Shown in pieces: positions 21,569 to 31,498 of a stretch of 64,000 nucleotides of DNA. The notes beneath the pieces are model-generated. The model saw only the letters and a list, made by a program, of their open reading frames with translations. It ran no database searches and was not told the DNA's origin. Location: the NCBI GenBank assembly GCA_965205025.1, contig CBDBFU010000016.1, positions 1-64,000 of the forward strand, in the 5' to 3' direction. Numbering within the stretch: position 1 is the first letter of the stretch; each line of letters starts with the position of its first letter. This DNA comes from Candidatus Poribacteria bacterium (GTDB lineage: Bacteria > Poribacteria > WGA-4E > WGA-3G). The translations under genes and the position numbers were made by a program.

Positions 21569-23464
21569 ATGAGCACATATTACATAACGACACCTATATA
21601 TTATGCTAATGGTGAACCACATGCTGGTCACGCCTATACCACTATTGCTGCAGATGCATTAGCACGCTATTATCGAATTAAAGGGGATGATGTATTCTAT
21701 CTGACAGGGGTTGATGAACATGGGGCAAATATCGATAAAACTGCTGAAAGTAAAGGATATTCACCCCAAGAATATTGTGATATGTTGGCACCGATTTTTA
21801 CCGATTTATGGAAAAGACTTAATATCTCAAACGATATTTTTCTTAGAACAACAAGCGACTTACACAAAAGAGGAATACATAAATTCCTGACTGCACTTTA
21901 TGAGAGTGGTGATGTCTACAAAGGACATTACGAAGGATTTTACTGTCGACCATGTGAAAGATTCTTCCCTGATAAAGAAATACCAGAAGATAAGATTTGT
22001 CCTATTCATAAGACTCCTTTGGAATTATTAAAAGAAGAGAACTATTTTTTCCGTCTTTCCAAGTATCAAGACAGACTTCTCCAATTGTATAGTGAACAAC
22101 CCGATTTTGTCTATCCTGATAGTCGTCGAAACGAACTCCTCAATGTGTTGGAATCTGGTTTAGACGATATAAGTATTTCGCGTTCATCGGTCTCATGGGG
22201 AATTGCCTTACCTTTTGATCCAGAACACATTGCTTACGTCTGGATTGATGCTTTACCCAATTACATTACTGCACTTGGTTATGACGCGGATGATAAGCAG
22301 TTTCAAACTTATTGGCCAGCAAACGTCCACATGATGGCTAAAGAGATTACTCGTTTTCATGCGATTATCTGGCCTGCAATGTTAATGGCTGTTGATCTAC
22401 CTTTACCTAAACAGATTGTTGCTCATGGTTGGTTAACGAAGGATGGTGAGGCATTAAGCAAAACACGCGGTATATTCATTGATATGGATGGAGATGTTGA
22501 TACTTATGGTGTCGATGCGTTCCGTTATTATCTACTCCGTGAATTTAGTTTCGGAAATGATGGGGATTATCGACCTACTCGTTTACATGAAAGGTACAAT
22601 GCTGACCTTGCAAATGATTTAGGTAATCTGCTCAATCGGGTTCTTGGCTTGCTTAACAAGAATTTCGATGCTATTCCACCGCCAACAACACCAGGTGAAT
22701 TCGATGATGAGATTAAAACTCTTACCAGTGAAACAATAGCATCCTTAGGGGAACATATTAAGTCGTTTGCATTTGATAGTGCATTAGAATCAATATGGGA
22801 ATTAATACGACGTGTTAACCGGTATGTTCAACAGACTGAAGTTTGGACGCTTACAAACCCAGAAACTAAACCCAGAATGGGAACCATCTTATATAACTGT
22901 TTGGAAGCATTACGAATCATCTCTGTTCTACTTTCACCATTCATTCCTGAAACGGCTGAAAAAATACAACAACAGATTGGACTAAAGGATTTTGATACAG
23001 AGACTAAATGGGGTAACCTACCTGATGGAATTGTTGTAAGTAAAGGTGATCCTATTTTTCCACGAGTCGATTTGAAGAAAGAAGAAAAATCACAAACTCA
23101 TAAACCCAAACAAACTAAACCTAAATCCAAAAAGAAAATGTCTGAGAATATCTCCTTTTCTGAATTCCAGAAGCTTGATTTACGTATTGGGAATATAGTC
23201 TCTGCTGAACCGGTTGAAGGTGCGGATCGACTATTAAAACTACAAGTGGATATCGGTGATGAACAACGCCAAGTAGTAGCTGGAATAGCAGAACATTACA
23301 CACCTGACACCCTAATTGGTCAACAGGTTGTTATCGTTGTCAATTTAGAACCTGCGACAATCCGCAATGTTGAATCACAAGGTATGATTCTGGCAGCCAG
23401 TGGGGATTCAGTCGTATTGGTTACACCAGAAACGAAGGTTCCTCTTGGTACAGAAGTAAGATAA
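21569..23464 (+). CDS. metG: Methionyl-tRNA synthetase with C-terminal tRNA-binding domain
   Basis: YYITTPIYYAN, HAGH, TGVDEHG, CRPCE knuckle, YVWIDAL, DLANDLGNL; C-terminal LDLRIG...SQGMIL. Confidence 0.97.
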   Translation: MSTYYITTPIYYANGEPHAGHAYTTIAADALARYYRIKGDDVFYLTGVDEHGANIDKTAESKGYSPQEYCDMLAPIFTDLWKRLNISNDIFLRTTSDLHKRGIHKFLTALYESGDVYKGHYEGFYCRPCERFFPDKEIPEDKICPIHKTPLELLKEENYFFRLSKYQDRLLQLYSEQPDFVYPDSRRNELLNVLESGLDDISISRSSVSWGIALPFDPEHIAYVWIDALPNYITALGYDADDKQFQTYWPANVHMMAKEITRFHAIIWPAMLMAVDLPLPKQIVAHGWLTKDGEALSKTRGIFIDMDGDVDTYGVDAFRYYLLREFSFGNDGDYRPTRLHERYNADLANDLGNLLNRVLGLLNKNFDAIPPPTTPGEFDDEIKTLTSETIASLGEHIKSFAFDSALESIWELIRRVNRYVQQTEVWTLTNPETKPRMGTILYNCLEALRIISVLLSPFIPETAEKIQQQIGLKDFDTETKWGNLPDGIVVSKGDPIFPRVDLKKEEKSQTHKPKQTKPKSKKKMSENISFSEFQKLDLRIGNIVSAEPVEGADRLLKLQVDIGDEQRQVVAGIAEHYTPDTLIGQQVVIVVNLEPATIRNVESQGMILAASGDSVVLVTPETKVPLGTEVR

Positions 23465-23502
23465 ATTATCTACTCCAAATCCTTACTTCCTTAGTAGCCA
23501 AA

Positions 23503-26500
23503 ATGCAGAATATAGAGAATACTATTAAATCTCGTATCGAAAATGACAAGGCAAATTCCTTTGTAATTATCGTACCCAATGAAGCTTCGCGTTTAATACG
23601 ACAGCGAGAATTGGTTTTATATCATGGCAATAATTCTGTCGCCAATTTACAGATTTATGATATTGAGAATTTCATACAAAGGTTGTATTCTAATGTGTTT
23701 CCTCCGAGACAGACCATTTCAATGGGTCTCCAACACCTTTGGTTACACGAAATAGTAGATCCTGATAACAATCCACTGAATCCATCTCAATTTAGCTCAT
23801 TTCGTCCTGTTGATGAAAGTGATATTCCTGATAGTACTCTTAACTTAATTGCAAATTCAATTAACCAGCTTAAAGATCGTGGTGAGTCTGTAGATTCAGT
23901 TACATCAGATCAACAAATTGATGCAGACTTAATTCGAATATATCAGGAATATGAGGAAAAGTTGCATTCAAGCTGGATTGATGATAGAGGTAAACATCTT
24001 TACCTTGCAGATAACTTTGAGAAAGGATATTTCAAACGGTCATTTCCTTCCACTAATCTGTTAGTAATAGAAGGATTTTCTATTCTCTCGAAATCTGACA
24101 TTGAAATATTCAGGCAGATTGCTGGTATATCAGATTTAGAAGTGTGGTTTCGGACAGACTGTCTTGAGGAAAACATAAATCTATATTCCAATATTACGAA
24201 TCTTATATCTAATTTTCGAGATGAAAATGTCAATATTGATTCTGTTTTTGACAGATATTCTGATAATCACCAATATTTGGCGGAAAACTTATTTCAAACT
24301 AATTCTCCTTTAGAGAACAGAAGAGATCTAACCAAGAAGATAAATGCATTATACCCATCTGATCGTTCAGAAGAAGTTGAACAAATCGCATTTCTCATAC
24401 GGAGACATATTGATGAAGACAACTGTGGATTAAATGACATTTGTGTTACCTATTACAATATAAACCAATATAAGCATCGAATTGCTGAGACATTTCATGC
24501 CTTTGGTATCCCTTATTCACTATCTGAAAGCATTCCATTGAATAAGTCCAGAATTATAAAAGAAATCTTTTCTCGTTTGACACCTCATCAAACATCCTTA
24601 ACAAATCTATATTTCGATGATAGTGATGATACAAACTTCCCAAAAAGTCTTGATCCAGATGAATTTTCTGAATATATTGATACTTTTCTCAAAGCAGGGG
24701 ATGTATTAAATAAGATTATTAATCCTATGATAAGGGAAAATAGAGAGATTATTGAAGCTGAGATTAACGCATTACAGCACTTCAAAAGAATAGTTAAGGA
24801 GCTTTGTGAATTCTATAAAACTGAGGAAGACAAATCATACCCTTATAGTGAATATCTTACAAAACTGCAACATATAGCAAGACATACATACTTTCAGATC
24901 AGTTCATTTAAAAACAGTGAATCTGTAAATATATTACCAGTCAGTGAACTCAGGAGTTTAGAATATAAGATTGTGTTATTAGGGGATTTTGTGGATGGTG
25001 GTTTTCCACAATATTATAGTCCGGATCCGTTATTACCAGAAACACCATACCACAGAAGAGAAGAACAACTTTATGATAATCGCTTTCTGTTTTATAGATT
25101 GTTAAAATCATTTAGTGAACATCTATATTTACTTGTACCTCAACGTGAACAAGAAACAGAATTAATCCCATCCTTATTTTTATCTCAATTGAAAGCAGTT
25201 GCAGATATTGGTGAATTAGAAATACTGAATCCTGAGGAAAGAAGTATTTATGGCTTCCTCAGTGCTTATGGTAAGTTTGTATCAAATACTGAATTTCAAG
25301 ACAATGTTGATTTTCCAAATGAACTTACCGATCTACGTCCTTTAATTGACCATGTTGTTACAATAGAAAAGAGTCGTGAAAAAACAAACCAACACCCAAC
25401 TTACGAAGGAAAATTAACAGAAAAAGACAATTTGACAAATATCACCATCTCCCAAACAAGTAGAGAAAGATTGCACCAGTTTCGAGAAAAAACATATTCT
25501 GTTACTGACTTAGAAACTTATGCAAATTGTCCATATCAGTACTTTAATAGTAAGGTGTTAGTATTTAAACCTGAACCAGATGAAGAGAAAGGTGAACTAA
25601 CTACATTAGATAGAGGATCATTAATTCACAAAGTTGTAGCTGAATTTTACACAAAACGAAGGGATAATGGAGATCCTCCTATTTCTCAATGTTGTAATGA
25701 AGACTATTCACAAGCGATACTGCAAATTAATGAGATATTAGATAATCAACAAGCATTGTTACGTAATGATGAGTATAAAACTCTACCAATGGATAATCTT
25801 TTTTGGAGTATAGACATTGATAAGACAAAGGCAGCATTACACAAATGGGTAGCAGCAGAACGGGATTATGCTTTACCTCTTTTACCCAGTTATTTTGAAG
25901 TGGGTATAGGTAGAACGTCTGGAAGGATTGATCAAACGTTAAATCATCCAGAACCAATCCCGATTGGAAACGTAAAGATGAATGGAAAAATAGACCGTAT
26001 TGATATCGGTTCAAATAGTTTTAGTATCATTGATTATAAGACAGGGGGAACGATTCCAAATATACAAAATATACAAGAGGGTCGAGCGTTACAAGTTCCA
26101 ATTTATCTACAATTAGTAAAGAAGATATTGGATGAAGATAAGAATAGTAAATTTAATCCTTCAGCTGGTCTCTATCACAAAATTAGATTGGATGAATGTA
26201 AAGTTGAACTTGGAATTGGTAAGTCTTCACATAATGGAGAAACATATCAAGTCTATGGAAACAATAGATGGTATTCATCAGGAAGGAGTAGTAGACAACT
26301 GTTAGATGATAATGTATTTGAATCCACCCTGGATAGGGTCACTGGATATATACAGCAGTACGTTAATAATATATCAGAAGGGATTTTCCCTATCATCACA
26401 CGGGTGGATTTCTATGAGGATTCTTTAGAAGAGGGTGACAGACCTATTAAACCTAAGGATCCCACTGCCCCCTGCAATTATTGTAATTACCTACGAATAT

Positions 26501-26544
26501 GTCGTGTTGGTGCATTCACTGAAACGAGTGATGATGTAAATTGA
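23503..26544 (+). CDS. AddB-like PD-(D/E)XK nuclease subunit with Fe-S cluster cysteines
   Basis: SVTDLETYANCPY, RGSLIH, GKIDRID, IIDYKTG, LQVPIY and CNYCNYLRIC motifs. Confidence 0.85.
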   Translation: MQNIENTIKSRIENDKANSFVIIVPNEASRLIRQRELVLYHGNNSVANLQIYDIENFIQRLYSNVFPPRQTISMGLQHLWLHEIVDPDNNPLNPSQFSSFRPVDESDIPDSTLNLIANSINQLKDRGESVDSVTSDQQIDADLIRIYQEYEEKLHSSWIDDRGKHLYLADNFEKGYFKRSFPSTNLLVIEGFSILSKSDIEIFRQIAGISDLEVWFRTDCLEENINLYSNITNLISNFRDENVNIDSVFDRYSDNHQYLAENLFQTNSPLENRRDLTKKINALYPSDRSEEVEQIAFLIRRHIDEDNCGLNDICVTYYNINQYKHRIAETFHAFGIPYSLSESIPLNKSRIIKEIFSRLTPHQTSLTNLYFDDSDDTNFPKSLDPDEFSEYIDTFLKAGDVLNKIINPMIRENREIIEAEINALQHFKRIVKELCEFYKTEEDKSYPYSEYLTKLQHIARHTYFQISSFKNSESVNILPVSELRSLEYKIVLLGDFVDGGFPQYYSPDPLLPETPYHRREEQLYDNRFLFYRLLKSFSEHLYLLVPQREQETELIPSLFLSQLKAVADIGELEILNPEERSIYGFLSAYGKFVSNTEFQDNVDFPNELTDLRPLIDHVVTIEKSREKTNQHPTYEGKLTEKDNLTNITISQTSRERLHQFREKTYSVTDLETYANCPYQYFNSKVLVFKPEPDEEKGELTTLDRGSLIHKVVAEFYTKRRDNGDPPISQCCNEDYSQAILQINEILDNQQALLRNDEYKTLPMDNLFWSIDIDKTKAALHKWVAAERDYALPLLPSYFEVGIGRTSGRIDQTLNHPEPIPIGNVKMNGKIDRIDIGSNSFSIIDYKTGGTIPNIQNIQEGRALQVPIYLQLVKKILDEDKNSKFNPSAGLYHKIRLDECKVELGIGKSSHNGETYQVYGNNRWYSSGRSSRQLLDDNVFESTLDRVTGYIQQYVNNISEGIFPIITRVDFYEDSLEEGDRPIKPKDPTAPCNYCNYLRICRVGAFTETSDDVN

Positions 26545-26601
26545 ATTCATCTGAACTAACACAGAAAGATATTTCTTTAGAAGTTAGAACTTGTATAATA
26601 C

Positions 26602-26630
26602 TTGCACGCTTAATAAAATTTTGATATACT
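26602..26630 (+). promoter_or_regulatory. Sigma70-type promoter of sodA
   Basis: TTGCAC-17 nt-TATACT with an extended TG; RBS AGGAGG downstream. Confidence 0.6.
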
Positions 26631-26665
26631 GACATTACCAAATATATTTAGGAGGCTATTATTAA

Positions 26666-27274
26666 ATGGCACATACATTACCTGCACTACCTTATGCACA
26701 CGATGCGTTAGAACCACATATTGATGCACAAACAATGGAAATTCATCACGGAAAACACCATCAAGGGTATGTCAACAATCTGAATGCTGCTTTAGAAGGT
26801 CATGACGATCTTGCAAATTTAGATGTTGAAGAACTCCTCAGAAATATTGATGATGTACCTGAAGATATTAAACAGGCTGTCATTAATAACGGTGGTGGAC
26901 ATGCAAATCACTCACTTTTCTGGTCAATCATGAGTCCAAATGGTGGTCAACCCAGTGGTGGTGAAATTGGAGATGCAATTAAATCCGCATTTGGATCACT
27001 TGATGCTGCCAACGAAGAATTTACAACTGCAGCAACAAAACGGTTCGGCTCTGGTTGGGCATGGCTTGTAATTGGTGATGATGGATTGGAAATTTATTCA
27101 ACAGCAAATCAAGATAGTCCACTCATGCAAGGACATACACCGATTCTTGGTATTGATGTCTGGGAACACGCATACTATCTAAATTATCAGAATCGACGTC
27201 CAGATTATGTTGATGCATGGAAGAACGTTGTAAACTGGACACGAGTCAACGAACTATATGTTGCTAATGCGTAA
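26666..27274 (+). CDS. sodA: Mn superoxide dismutase
   Basis: [29 protein letters not shown] and DVWEHAYY motifs. Confidence 0.95.
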   Translation: MAHTLPALPYAHDALEPHIDAQTMEIHHGKHHQGYVNNLNAALEGHDDLANLDVEELLRNIDDVPEDIKQAVINNGGGHANHSLFWSIMSPNGGQPSGGEIGDAIKSAFGSLDAANEEFTTAATKRFGSGWAWLVIGDDGLEIYSTANQDSPLMQGHTPILGIDVWEHAYYLNYQNRRPDYVDAWKNVVNWTRVNELYVANA

Positions 27275-27289
27275 AATTCCGTATAAAAT

Positions 27290-27313
27290 AGGGGTAGCGT
27301 TGATTCTACCCCT
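27290..27313 (+). terminator. Hairpin after sodA
   Basis: AGGGGTAG-loop-CTACCCCT; weak U-tract. Confidence 0.55.
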
Positions 27314-27601
27314 TCATATTCATCTACATAAACCATCCAATTTATAGTATTATCATAAATAGACAATACTTAAACTAAGTAGTCTAACTTTTATCTACTT
27401 TCAAGAATAATTAATCAACAACTACAGTAAAACCTAAAATTATCATTACATTAGTATGTATTAATGTCAAATGCATAAACGGTAATTTACGGGTTCGGTT
27501 TCCCAGTAAGCCACTCCTACCATAAAGTGTAAGCATATTTATAGAATCTACTAAGAATAGTTCATTTAACCATTTTAACTTCAAAATAGGAGGAGTGTAC
27601 A

Positions 27602-28393
27602 ATGAAAAGGTTATTTTGTTTGGTTTCTATATTCACATTAATTTCCATTAGCATCGTATTCGGTCAGGACGTGGCTGTTCACTATGATGCAGCTGTAGAA
27701 AACGGAAACGGTTTGGCTGTTCCAAACCCAGCACAATTAGCAGACCTAATCGTAGAAAAACTTAAGGACAAGAAACTGACTGCTGAAATCGTTGATAGTG
27801 ACGCTTTAGCAGATTATATGAATGCAAATAAGAATGGGATCTATATTATCACTCAAGGAAACACCCCTGGAAGTATATTTCAGAAAAAAGGAAAAGATGA
27901 TCTGGTATACAAATGGTTGAGAGAAGGTGGTATTGGGGGTTTCATTGGTGACTATGCGTTTTACTACTATTGGCATAAAGGAGCACGTGTAACTGCAGCA
28001 GGGGGTGGACAACAGAGTGTCTTCGGTGCCACTATTACAAACGCTACAGTTTCACAGGTTGAACCAACGGAACTCGGTAAAAAGTATATTCCTTCTCTCA
28101 AGAAATGGACTTCAAATCGGGCATCTGGTTTAGCAGTCTTGAAACAAAATAATTTCGAGTTTGAAAGTTATGCTGATAATGGGGCAAATGCCGATCCAAT
28201 AGCATACCGAACTGAAGATATGAAGGGATGGTTTATTAACTTCCATACGTCTTGTTGTGGTACGCAAATTCCACCGAATGAACAAATTGCTACTGAATAT
28301 GCTGAACTGATTTCAAATCGCTTTGCGGTACCACAGGCTGTTGATCCTAATGGAAAAATCAGCATTGTATGGGGACAATTGAAGTCACAATAA
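27602..28393 (+). CDS. Secreted protein with Poribacteria-type C-terminal motif
   Basis: Signal peptide; ends AVDPNGKISIVWGQLKSQ; RBS AGGAGG. Confidence 0.8.
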   Translation: MKRLFCLVSIFTLISISIVFGQDVAVHYDAAVENGNGLAVPNPAQLADLIVEKLKDKKLTAEIVDSDALADYMNANKNGIYIITQGNTPGSIFQKKGKDDLVYKWLREGGIGGFIGDYAFYYYWHKGARVTAAGGGQQSVFGATITNATVSQVEPTELGKKYIPSLKKWTSNRASGLAVLKQNNFEFESYADNGANADPIAYRTEDMKGWFINFHTSCCGTQIPPNEQIATEYAELISNRFAVPQAVDPNGKISIVWGQLKSQ

Positions 28394-28491
28394 TAGAATT
28401 TTATTACGACTTACACAGTCCTACTAATGTCTCCATTATTCAACTATTTTTGAGTAGTAGGGACATTATTCTATTCAATATAGTGAATTTC

Positions 28492-28520
28492 TTGACAATT
28501 CTAATCTAAAGTATTATAAT
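28492..28520 (+). promoter_or_regulatory. Consensus sigma70 promoter of the ilv leader
   Basis: TTGACA-17 nt-TATAAT, exact. Confidence 0.85.
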
Positions 28521-28577
28521 TAAACAGTTGATAAACCGTAATATCGTTATTTTGAATAGAAAGAATAAACATATTAA

Positions 28578-28909
28578 AAGGCGTTGAAAGGGAGGAGTAA
28601 GTCAAGAAGGCTTGCAAGAGATGGGGATTCATAGGCTGTAAGATCTCCTCAAGTACTTATGACTGAAGGTCGCCCTGGAGCTGCTTTTCTGAACAGTTGG
28701 AAGTTGATTACTTAGTAGGATCAGCCGATGTGATGCTCGTTAACGCATCCCAATGAGTGCTCTTTCCCATAATAGGATGATCTATATTCATTTATGTGAA
28801 AGTGAATTGGAGTGGTACCACGGTAAGGTTGTGTCGGTAATTCATGTACCGAACGTGCTATTGAAAGCCGATTCCTTCTCGTCTCCAAGTCGGAACGAGA
28901 AGGTTTTTT
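28578..28909 (+). promoter_or_regulatory. T-box riboswitch (transcriptional), predicted Val (GUC) specifier
   Basis: Stem I with AGUA, AGAGA and GCUG boxes; GAA-G-GUC-G at 28665-28672. T-box AATTGGAGTGGTACCACGG at 28805-28823 pairs with CGTCTCC (28880-28886). Terminator CCTTCTCGT/ACGAGAAGG plus T6. Confidence 0.9.
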
Positions 28910-28967
28910 AATTTTAACAATTCTCCGATTTGAATTCGGTAAAATTATATTAATAAGGGAAATTGGC

Positions 28968-30644
28968 ATGGAACTTAAAGGAGCAGAAATCCTTGTTGAG
29001 AGTCTCAAACGTGAAGGTGTCGATTATATCTTCGGTGTAAACGGTGGCGCGGCTATGCCGATTTTTGATGCCCTCTACAACGAAACAGATGTTAAATTGA
29101 TTCCTATGCGGCATGAGCAGGGAGCTTCCCATGCTGCGGATGGATACGCACGTGCAACTGGTAAAGTCGGTGTCGCACTCGCTACATCCGGACCGGGGGC
29201 AACCAATCTTGTTACTGGAATAGCAACAGCATATATGGATTCAATACCAATGGTTGCTATCACCGGTCAGGTAATGACGCATTTCATTGGGAGTGACGCA
29301 TTTCAGGAATGTGATGTAATCGGAGTCACACGACCAATATGTAAACACAGTTATCTTATTAAAGATGGAAATGAAGTTGCGGATGTTGTTGCAGAAGCAT
29401 TTCACATTGCCAGTACAGGAAAACAGGGTCCTGTTATCATAGACATTGCCAAAGATGCACAGAACCAGGAAACCCTCTTTAAATATCCCGATTCAGTTGA
29501 TATTCGAAGTTACAAACCACAGGTAAATGGTGATTCAGATCAAATTGCTAAAGCTGCAGAGTTAATAAAAGATGCCAAGAAACCTATGTTGTATGCTGGT
29601 GGTGGTGTTGTGCTTGCAGACGCAAGCGATGAATTACGCGAATTAACATTGAAAACCCAAATTCCAATTACTGTAACATTAATGGGTTTGGGGGCTTTTC
29701 CTGAAACACATCCATTAGCTATGCAGATGCCAGGTATGCATGGATCCTGTTGTGCAAATTATGCCTTCACGGATTCTGATCTTGTGATCGCAATTGGTGC
29801 AAGATTTGATGATAGAGTTACAGGAGACCTTGACAAATTTGCCCCGAATGCCAAGAAAATACATATTGATATTGATCCTTCCTGTATAGGAAAAAATGTT
29901 CCAGTTGATGTTCCTATTGTCGGTGATGCGAAAAATGTATTGAAAGAACTTATTAAAAAGGTCGACACAACTGATATTGATCCGTGGAGAAATCAAATCC
30001 AAGAATGGAAACAGAAGTATCCTTTTGAATACGAACAGAAAGGGAATAAGGTGATGCCACAGTATGTCATAGAAAAAATCTATGAACATTATAGTGATGC
30101 TATAGTTGTGGCAGATGTAGGTCAACATCAGATGTGGGCTGCACAATACTTCCAATTCACCGAACCTCGCCAGTGGTTAAACTCGGGGGGTCTCGGTACA
30201 ATGGGATTTAGTCTCCCCGCAGCAATCGGTGCTCAACTTGGATGTCCTGAGAAAACTGTTGTAAACATCAATGGTGACGGGTCATATATCATGACTATAC
30301 AAGAATTAGTTCCAGCAATATCACTGAAATTACCTTTGAAGGTTTTCATTATCAATAACATGTACTTAGGGATGGTACGTCAATGGCAAGAACTCTTCCA
30401 CGGAAAAAGGTATTCAGCAGTTGATTATCACGATAACCCTGATTTTGCCTTGCTTGCACAAGCATTTGGAGCAACCGGTCTTCGAGTTGAATATCCGGAA
30501 GATGTTGAACCAGCACTGATAAAAGCAAAAGGTGTTGACGATGGACCAGTCGTTATTGACTTCATTGTTGATGAAGAAGAAAACGTCTTTCCAATGGTTC
30601 CTGCTGGTAAAGGTCTCGGTGATGTAATCCGAGGGCTATCATAG
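28968..30644 (+). CDS. ilvB: Acetolactate synthase large subunit
   Basis: MRHEQGASHAADGYAR, TSGPGATN, DVGQHQMW, GLGTMGF and GDGSY...NN motifs. Confidence 0.97.
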   Translation: MELKGAEILVESLKREGVDYIFGVNGGAAMPIFDALYNETDVKLIPMRHEQGASHAADGYARATGKVGVALATSGPGATNLVTGIATAYMDSIPMVAITGQVMTHFIGSDAFQECDVIGVTRPICKHSYLIKDGNEVADVVAEAFHIASTGKQGPVIIDIAKDAQNQETLFKYPDSVDIRSYKPQVNGDSDQIAKAAELIKDAKKPMLYAGGGVVLADASDELRELTLKTQIPITVTLMGLGAFPETHPLAMQMPGMHGSCCANYAFTDSDLVIAIGARFDDRVTGDLDKFAPNAKKIHIDIDPSCIGKNVPVDVPIVGDAKNVLKELIKKVDTTDIDPWRNQIQEWKQKYPFEYEQKGNKVMPQYVIEKIYEHYSDAIVVADVGQHQMWAAQYFQFTEPRQWLNSGGLGTMGFSLPAAIGAQLGCPEKTVVNINGDGSYIMTIQELVPAISLKLPLKVFIINNMYLGMVRQWQELFHGKRYSAVDYHDNPDFALLAQAFGATGLRVEYPEDVEPALIKAKGVDDGPVVIDFIVDEEENVFPMVPAGKGLGDVIRGLS

Positions 30645-30774
30645 TCTCTATCCGTTAGTCATAGGAACATTATATTTAATTATTTGTGTTGATTTAGCAT
30701 AAAAGATGTAATGTTCCTTCCTATTTTACTAACCATATTTGTATACAACATTCACTAAAGTATAAAAAGAAATT

Positions 30775-31272
30775 ATGAATAACGAAGAACGGCACATTTT
30801 TTCTGTCTTGGTCGAAAATCGATTCGGTGTACTGGCTCGTGTCGCAGGACTTTTCAGTGGACGTGGGTTTAATATTGATAGCCTAAACGTCGCGGCTACA
30901 CACGACAAGAGTATCTCACAGATTACACTTGTTACCCATGGGGACGCACAGATTATTGACCAGATCTATCAGCACCTAAATAGGTTAATTGATGTAATTG
31001 AAGTTACTGATTTATCTACAGGGATGCATGTAGAACGTGAACTGGTACTCATTAAGATTGCAACTGAGGATCAACAAAAACGTACCGAAATATTACAAAT
31101 CGCAGAAGTTTTTCGGGGTCGCGTGATTGACATGAAACCGGGGTCGATTGTTCTTGAAGTTACTGGGGATGAAGGTAAGTTAGATGCAGCAATCAATATC
31201 TATCGCACCTATGGTATCATTGACTTAGTACGTACAGGGAAAATTGCAATGATGCGCGGCTCAGAAAAATAA
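30775..31272 (+). CDS. ilvN: Acetolactate synthase small (regulatory) subunit
   Basis: SVLVENRFGVLARVAGLFSGRGFNIDSL; ERELVLIK; VRTG. Confidence 0.95.
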   Translation: MNNEERHIFSVLVENRFGVLARVAGLFSGRGFNIDSLNVAATHDKSISQITLVTHGDAQIIDQIYQHLNRLIDVIEVTDLSTGMHVERELVLIKIATEDQQKRTEILQIAEVFRGRVIDMKPGSIVLEVTGDEGKLDAAINIYRTYGIIDLVRTGKIAMMRGSEK

Positions 31273-31283
31273 TCATATCTAAA

Positions 31284-31405
31284 CAGGACTTACGCAATAT
31301 AAGCAGAAAAAGGTGAAATTTGACTTAAAAAGTCGTCATTTCAGCGTTTTAACCCCCTAAATCCCCCTTATCAGGGGGACTTTAAGAGGAAATGCGTAAG
31401 TCCTA
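31284..31405. mobile_element. 122-bp non-autonomous MITE with IS701-type ends
   Basis: Ends CAGGACTTACGCA / TGCGTAAGTCCTA match the IS at 32714; 5-bp direct repeat CTAAA on both sides; internal hairpin TCCCCCT/AGGGGGA. Confidence 0.88.
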
Positions 31406-31498
31406 CTAAATTAAACTTCATTACGGTTCCAGAATCCTATATTCATTCCAGATTTAATCACATAGAAATATATAGAAATAATAGAGAGGAACAACAAG

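Noticed and set aside
26584-26598. Possible PerR/Fur box upstream of sodA (TTAGAACTTGTATAA)
   Set aside because: Four mismatches to consensus in AT-rich DNA; not distinguishable from chance
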